Part shown: positions 58,475 through 64,000 of the stretch, piece after piece
Numbering within the stretch: the first letter of the stretch is position 1
Layout of the letters: each line of letters begins with the position of its first letter
Assembly (NCBI GenBank): GCA_025999335.1
Contig: AP024681.1
Coordinates: forward strand, 78,642-142,641
Length of the DNA stretch: 64,000 nucleotides
Reading direction: 5' to 3'
Origin: Candidatus Parcubacteria bacterium
Lineage (GTDB): Bacteria > Patescibacteriota > Minisyncoccia > UBA6257 > HR35
The notes under the pieces: model-generated
Told to the model about the DNA's origin: nothing
The model's input: the letters and a program-made list of their open reading frames with translations, nothing else
Databases searched by the model: none
Translations under genes and position numbers: made by a program

Positions 58475-59259
58475 AACTAAAATTTATAATTATCATTATC
58501 ATAATTTTTAGCTTATTTTTATCGGCTTTGCTCTATTATTCTTTTTCGCAACAATCCAATAATCAATTATCATCGCTCTCAACTCTACATTTTTACGACG
58601 AACCAAGCATCGATCTTAAACACATTAATTTATATGCTATCTATGTTGTTGCGGCTGATAAAAAAAACGAAATAAAAAATAACTGGCAACAATTAATAGA
58701 AAAAAGTTTACAAAAAATATCAGCCTTTCATCAAAATCAATTCCGCAATTTATCTCATCTGGAATATAAAATTTATAAGCAACCAATTATTATAGAAAAT
58801 ATTGATACTATGAATAACAAAGGTTTTGATGTTACTTCCCTGCCTGAATTTTTCAAAATAATTGAAAAGATAGACAAAGAAATGCCTTTGGATTTTATAA
58901 CAAATAAAAATGATATCTATAAAATTTTAGTTATTTTTTACGAAGGAGAAAATACTGCTTTTGGTTCCGCAATAGTTGATAAAGAAAATATTGCCGAAAA
59001 ATATCAACAATCTTCCCGAATTATAACAACAACGATTGAAAATTTTAATGGTGTAGCGTTAATTAGTAACGATTATCTAAACAAACCCTACGGCGAATCC
59101 ATCCTCTATCACGAAATCGCTCATACCCTTGGTATACCTGATTTTTATAAAGATAATCAAGAATTATCTTTAGATATTATGGGCAATGGACGTTTTATAC
59201 CTTTAGAAATTAATTATCTTGATTACGAAATTATAAAAAAAATGACACAAACTAAATAA
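58471..59259 (+). CDS. Membrane-anchored or secreted zinc metallopeptidase (metzincin-like)
   Basis: HEIAHTLGIPD zinc motif and DIMG Met-turn; N-terminal hydrophobic anchor. Confidence 0.8.
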   Translation: MKLKFIIIIIIIFSLFLSALLYYSFSQQSNNQLSSLSTLHFYDEPSIDLKHINLYAIYVVAADKKNEIKNNWQQLIEKSLQKISAFHQNQFRNLSHLEYKIYKQPIIIENIDTMNNKGFDVTSLPEFFKIIEKIDKEMPLDFITNKNDIYKILVIFYEGENTAFGSAIVDKENIAEKYQQSSRIITTTIENFNGVALISNDYLNKPYGESILYHEIAHTLGIPDFYKDNQELSLDIMGNGRFIPLEINYLDYEIIKKMTQTK

Positions 59260-59263
59260 CATA

Positions 59264-61057
59264 ATGAAATTAAAATTAAAATATAAATTCTTTCTATCAT
59301 TAATTGTTACAGGAATAATCCCCATTATAATTTTGGGTACAATTGGATTTTTTTTAGCATTTAACTTTGCTAAAAATACAATCATAGATTTAGAAAACAA
59401 TCTTATTAATCAAAAAATTAATGAAATCAATAATTTCTTTAAGCAAAATTTAGAAATTTTAGAAATTATCATCGCCGTTGATGCCAATGAAACTGTTTAT
59501 TTTACAAATCCTGATGACTATTATTTAACTTACGATTTGAACAGAGAAAAATTTATACTTCTCCAAACATTAGAACAAACACCTGCTATTTTAGAAATAT
59601 CATTTTTAGATTTAAACGGTTATGAACGTATAAAATATTACAAACATAATAATACAATAACTAGTGCCGATCAAGTAACCAAAATTAATCCTAAAGCTTA
59701 TTTTTTCGATTTAGCAAAAAATGGGAAAAAATTTACAAGCGAAGTTTTTTCATCTCTTAACGGTCCTTTTATAATCGTCGCTAATCCTCTAAAAAGCAAA
59801 GATAATAAAGTTATCGCTATCTTAAAAACTAAATTATCTTTAAATCAATTAAACACAATTATCGGCAATAGCAGTTTAGGTTCTTTGGGTTATGTTTATC
59901 TAGTTGATAAAAATGGCTATATTCTTTATAGTAGCAACAATCAATTACCACAACAAATCAATTGGAAAATTAATAATTTTGAACAATTTATTAAAAATAA
60001 AATTCAAAACTTAACTAAATACAAAAATTTTAATAATAAACCAGTTTATGGTTTAGCTCAATCTTTATATCCCTATGGAATGTATTTAATTGTTGAATGG
60101 CCCACGCAAGAAGCTAATGAAATTATTTATAAACAAATAACTTTAATTATCTTTTCTATTTTAACTGTTGTTATTCTAACTATTATTCTTAGTTTTATCC
60201 TAGCGCAAATCATTATAAAACCAATAGACATTTTAAAAGCTGGTGCAAAAAAAGTTAGCGAAGGCAAATTAGAAAAAATAGCTGACATTAAAACAAATGA
60301 TGAATTGGAAGATTTAATCAAGGAATTTAATTTTATGATTGATGGCTTAATCCAATTTAAAAAATTAAAAGATGAATTTGTTTTTATGACGGCTCATGAA
60401 TTAAAAGCGCCAATGGCGGCAATGAAAGGTTATTTAACGCTTTTAATAGATGGCACTGTTGGAACATTAGATAAAATTGCTCAAGAATTTATTATTAAAA
60501 TAAAAAATGCTAACGAAAGATTAATTCAATTAGTCAATGATTTGCTTCATATAGCTAAAAATGAAGCGGAAACAATTTCTATAAACATTCAGCCTGTAAA
60601 CATCAGCGAAGCTATTTTACCTATTATTAATGAATTTAAAATTGATTATCAAAAAAAGAATATAACCCTTGATTATCAAATAAGCGAAACTCTTCCTAAA
60701 ATTAACGCTAATCTTGATAAATTAAAAGAAATATTCGCAAACTTGATTTCTAATGCTATTAAATACAATATCGAAAATGGCAAAATTATTATTTATCACA
60801 AAACTGAAGGAGATTATTTATTAACCATTGTTCAAGACACAGGCTTAGGAATACCTAAAAATCAGCAAGAAAAAATATTTCAAAAATTTTTCCGGGTTCA
60901 ATCAAAAATTACTGAAAATATACCTGGCACAGGATTAGGATTGTTTATTGTTAAAGAATTAGTAGAAAAGATGAACGGTAAAATTTGGTTTGAATCTGAA
61001 GAAGGTAAAGGGACAACTTTTTTCCTAGCTTTTAAAATAGCTAACAACAATAAATAA
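59264..61057 (+). CDS. Sensor histidine kinase (Cache-HAMP-HisKA-HATPase)
   Basis: Two TMs; YVYLVDKNG Cache; HAMP; AHELKAP; NLISNAIKY; DTGLGI; GTGLGL. Confidence 0.95.
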   Translation: MKLKLKYKFFLSLIVTGIIPIIILGTIGFFLAFNFAKNTIIDLENNLINQKINEINNFFKQNLEILEIIIAVDANETVYFTNPDDYYLTYDLNREKFILLQTLEQTPAILEISFLDLNGYERIKYYKHNNTITSADQVTKINPKAYFFDLAKNGKKFTSEVFSSLNGPFIIVANPLKSKDNKVIAILKTKLSLNQLNTIIGNSSLGSLGYVYLVDKNGYILYSSNNQLPQQINWKINNFEQFIKNKIQNLTKYKNFNNKPVYGLAQSLYPYGMYLIVEWPTQEANEIIYKQITLIIFSILTVVILTIILSFILAQIIIKPIDILKAGAKKVSEGKLEKIADIKTNDELEDLIKEFNFMIDGLIQFKKLKDEFVFMTAHELKAPMAAMKGYLTLLIDGTVGTLDKIAQEFIIKIKNANERLIQLVNDLLHIAKNEAETISINIQPVNISEAILPIINEFKIDYQKKNITLDYQISETLPKINANLDKLKEIFANLISNAIKYNIENGKIIIYHKTEGDYLLTIVQDTGLGIPKNQQEKIFQKFFRVQSKITENIPGTGLGLFIVKELVEKMNGKIWFESEEGKGTTFFLAFKIANNNK

Positions 61058-61084
61058 ATAAATTTTTCAGTTAAAATAGATTCT

Positions 61085-62107
61085 ATGAAAATTACTGTTC
61101 TTCTTTCAGGAGGCGTTGATTCGTCAACAAGTGCTTTAATTTTAAAAGAAAAAGGGTTTAAGATAACAGGCATATATTTAAATTGCTATAAATTTTGCAA
61201 TCCCCAAGATGCTGAAGACGCAAGAAAAATAGCCAACATTTTAAACATTCCCTTTTATGTTTTTGATTTGACTGAAGACTTTGAAGATAAAGTTATTAAT
61301 TATATGATAAGAACTTACAAACAAGGTTTAACTCCTAATCCTGATGTATATTGTAATCAATTTATAAAATTCGGCATTTTTTTTGATAAAGCTTTAAAGC
61401 TTGGCTTTGATAGTGTCGCTTCCGGACATTATGCAAGAAATATCGATAATTCTCTCTTAAAAGCTAAAGATGAAAATAAAGATCAAACTTATTTTCTTTG
61501 GTCAGTAGAAAAAGAAAAATTTAAAAAGATAATTTTCCCCATTGGTGATTTATTTAAACCAGAGGTTCGGCAAATTGCTAAAGCAAATAATTTACCGGTT
61601 GCTGAAAAAAAAGAAAGTATGGGCATTTGTTTTATTGGAACAGTTAAATTAAAAGAATTTTTAAACCGCTATCTTCAACCTAAAGAAGGTAAAATTATTG
61701 ACACCGAAGGTAAAATTTTAGGCACGCATCCAGGATATTTTTATTTCACTGAAGGCCAAAGGCATGGATTGAATATTAAAACAGGCGGAGGTCCTTATTA
61801 TGTTGCCCAAAAAATTCCTGAAGAAAATTTAATTATTGTAGCCAAAGAAAATCATCCGCTTTTATATACTAAAAAAATTGAAGTTACTGAAATAAATATT
61901 TTAGAACCAGAAATTTTCAAAAAGGAAGAAATTATTGAAGCAAGATTCAGACATCGCCAGCCATTAGTTAAAGCCAAAGTTAATTTAAATGAAAAAACAG
62001 TTGAATTTTTAGAAGCGCAAAAAATGGTAGCTCCAGGCCAATCAATAGTTTTTTATCACAAAGATTATGTTTTAGGCGGAGGAGTTATTTTAAAGAAAAT
62101 TGAATAG
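61085..62107 (+). CDS. mnmA: tRNA-specific 2-thiouridylase MnmA
   Basis: SGGVDS, TPNPDVYCN..IKF, SGHYA, KDQTYFL, ESMGICF, PGQ. Confidence 0.96.
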   Translation: MKITVLLSGGVDSSTSALILKEKGFKITGIYLNCYKFCNPQDAEDARKIANILNIPFYVFDLTEDFEDKVINYMIRTYKQGLTPNPDVYCNQFIKFGIFFDKALKLGFDSVASGHYARNIDNSLLKAKDENKDQTYFLWSVEKEKFKKIIFPIGDLFKPEVRQIAKANNLPVAEKKESMGICFIGTVKLKEFLNRYLQPKEGKIIDTEGKILGTHPGYFYFTEGQRHGLNIKTGGGPYYVAQKIPEENLIIVAKENHPLLYTKKIEVTEINILEPEIFKKEEIIEARFRHRQPLVKAKVNLNEKTVEFLEAQKMVAPGQSIVFYHKDYVLGGGVILKKIE

Positions 62108-62917
62108 ATTTTCCTGGTAATAAATAATCTTTTTCTTAATTTCTTCTATGACTGGTTCTAAAATTTTATAAGGAGTTACTGATTCTTTTTTAAGCTCTTC
62201 TTGAAGTTTTTCTTTCCAAATTTTTCGAAATTCAGTATTAAGATGAATTATTTTAAAACCGCAAGAGGCTGCTTTTTTTAAATTTTCTAAGCTTATTCCT
62301 GAACCACCATGCAAAACTAAAGGAATTTTAACTAACTCATAAATTTTTTTACCTCTTTCAAAGTCTAAAATTGGTTCTGTTGCGGTTATCCCGTGAACAT
62401 TGCCAATGGATACTGCTAATAAGTCAACTTTTGTCTCTTCAACAAATTTTAAAGCTTCTTCTGGTTTTGTTAAATATTCTTCTTTAATTTCTATTTCTTT
62501 TTGAATTTCTGATTTTCCTGGTAAGTAACCAACTTCACCTTCAATTAAAATATTTTTAGCTTCTCTAAAAGTTATTAATTCTTTAGTTATTTTTATGTTA
62601 TCATCAATAAAATATTCACTACCATCAAATAAAACAGCGTCGTAATTTAAATCAAGCGCTTTTTTAGCTGTTTCAAAACTTTTTGAATGGTCAGCGTTTA
62701 AAAAAACTGGCAAATCTTTTTTATAAAAATCAATAATCTCTTTAATTAAATCTTCACCTAAATAATTTCTTTCACCTTCAGAAACCCCAAAAATTAGCGG
62801 GAGTTTTGTTTCTTTTACGGCTAAAATGCCGGCTTTAATTTGTTCGAAAGTTGCTACATTATAATGCAACAATGCTTGATTTTCTTTTAATGAATATATT
62901 AACTCTTTTAAACCCAT
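62090..62917 (-). CDS. fba: Class II fructose-bisphosphate aldolase
   Basis: NADH, FDGS, EGEVG, LAVSIGNVHG, PLVLHGGSG. Confidence 0.9.
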   Translation of the reverse strand: MGLKELIYSLKENQALLHYNVATFEQIKAGILAVKETKLPLIFGVSEGERNYLGEDLIKEIIDFYKKDLPVFLNADHSKSFETAKKALDLNYDAVLFDGSEYFIDDNIKITKELITFREAKNILIEGEVGYLPGKSEIQKEIEIKEEYLTKPEEALKFVEETKVDLLAVSIGNVHGITATEPILDFERGKKIYELVKIPLVLHGGSGISLENLKKAASCGFKIIHLNTEFRKIWKEKLQEELKKESVTPYKILEPVIEEIKKKIIYYQENLFNFL

Positions 62918-62965
62918 TAGTTTCCAACTAAAATTAAAAATTAATAATTAAAACCATTAATTATG

Positions 62966-63036
62966 TGTCCCTAGGAGGAATCGAACCTCCATATCAGCCT
63001 CCGCAGGGCTGCGCTTTTCCTTTAAGCTATAGGGAC
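62966..63036 (-). tRNA. tRNA-Arg (anticodon GCG)
   Basis: Acceptor GTCCCTA/TAGGGAC; anticodon arm CAGCC-CTGCGGA-GGCTG; T arm GGAGG-TTCGATT-CCTCC; CCA not encoded. Confidence 0.92.
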
Positions 63037-63325
63037 ATTAATAAAATAAATAATAGCTTACAATAAACCAATACATTAAATTAATATATCCTTTCCCTAA
63101 TTAACTTCAAATCTATTTTATCAAAAATTCTTGAAATTTACTAATTTACTTACCAATAATAGCTTAATAAAAACTAACTAACTTATGAACAAATTAATAA
63201 AATGCATAAAATAATCTTTATCTATATAACAAAAACGCTTTAGAGAATTTATTTTTTTATAAGTTAGTGTTAAAATTTCCTTAAACATAGTTTATCCTGT
63301 CGCAATTATAATCGTAATTATAATT

Positions 63326-63745
63326 ATGAAAATATATTTCGCTGGTTCAATACGCGGCGGTAGAAAACATCAAGCTATCTATCAACAACTAATTGCATAT
63401 CTTAGTAAATATGGTAAAGTTTTAAGCGAACATATAGGTAGTAAAAATTTAACTCAGTTTGGAGAAAAGTCTTTTTCTGATAAACGAATTTATAATCGTG
63501 ATATGTCCTGGCTTAAAGTCTCAGATGTTGTTATTGCTGAAGTTTCTACGCCATCTCTTGGTGTTGGCTATGAAATTGCAAAAGCGGAAAATATGAATAA
63601 AAAAATTTTATGTTTATATAGAAAACAACCTCGCAAAAGATTATCAGCAATGATTAATGGAAATCCCAATGTTAAAATTGCTGAATATAAAACATTTAAA
63701 GATGCTTTGCGCTATATCGATATTTTTTTTAAAGAATTAAAGTAA
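63326..63745 (+). CDS. Nucleoside 2-deoxyribosyltransferase / DNPH1(Rcl)-like N-hydrolase
   Basis: IYFAGSIRGGR, VLSEH, RDMSWL, AEVSTPSLGVGYE, LSAMI. Confidence 0.9.
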   Translation: MKIYFAGSIRGGRKHQAIYQQLIAYLSKYGKVLSEHIGSKNLTQFGEKSFSDKRIYNRDMSWLKVSDVVIAEVSTPSLGVGYEIAKAENMNKKILCLYRKQPRKRLSAMINGNPNVKIAEYKTFKDALRYIDIFFKELK

Positions 63746-63844
63746 TAAATTCTGCTTATTAATTTATTAGAATGTAAAATTAATATCAACTCAAAACTGA
63801 TTAGTAAATAATAAACTTAAAAACATTAAAGTATTTTATCCAAG

Positions 63845-63918
63845 TGGACTCGAGGGGATTCGAACCCCTGACCTCCGGTGTGCAAAACCGGTGCTCTAGC
63901 CAACTGAGCTACGAGCCC
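63845..63918 (-). tRNA. tRNA-Ala (anticodon TGC)
   Basis: Acceptor GGGCTCG/CGAGTCC with G3:U70 identity pair; anticodon arm CCGGT-TTTGCAC-ACCGG; GGTTCGAATCC. Confidence 0.95.
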
Positions 63919-63933
63919 TTCTTAAAAATAAAG

Positions 63934-64000
63934 CGCCCCCAACCGGAATCGAACCGGTATTTTCACCTTGAAAGAGTGATGTCCTAACCTTTAGACGATG
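63934..64000 (-). tRNA. tRNA-Glu (anticodon TTC), 5' end cut by the window edge
   Basis: Anticodon arm TCACT-CTTTCAA-GGTGA; T arm ACCGG-TTCGATT-CCGGT. Confidence 0.9.

Overview
AT-rich, gene-dense bacterial chromosome segment read with the standard code. Gene content and style suggest a Patescibacteria/CPR (Parcubacteria-like) organism; this is an inference from the split transketolase, bifunctional PGI/PMI, short ATP synthase epsilon, and mostly absent Shine-Dalgarno sites. Most of the window is housekeeping: F1Fo ATP synthase operon, xseAB, ileS, efp, map, infA, ssb, rpsF, recR, dnaB, greA, mnmA, fba, and three tRNAs at the right end. The most notable element is at the left edge: a compact putative RiPP locus. 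It has a ~56-aa precursor with a mersacidin/lichenicidin-like leader and a Ser/Thr/Cys-rich tail (FNSTKCCASGTCD), a stand-alone LanM-type dehydratase with no cyclase domain, a divergent GNAT, and the start of one more gene running off the window. Other highlights: an unannotated 30-aa metallothionein-like peptide heading a DoxX / GCS2-like / ilvA / ridA / dsbA run; a single high-GC gene with its own promoter, SD and terminator inside an island separating lemA from htpX; TruB-acylphosphatase and IleRS-histidine-phosphatase fusions; a repeat-built in-frame insertion in the 3-methyladenine glycosylase; and a 7x153-bp repeat surface protein. All assignments come from motif recognition by eye; no database searches were run.
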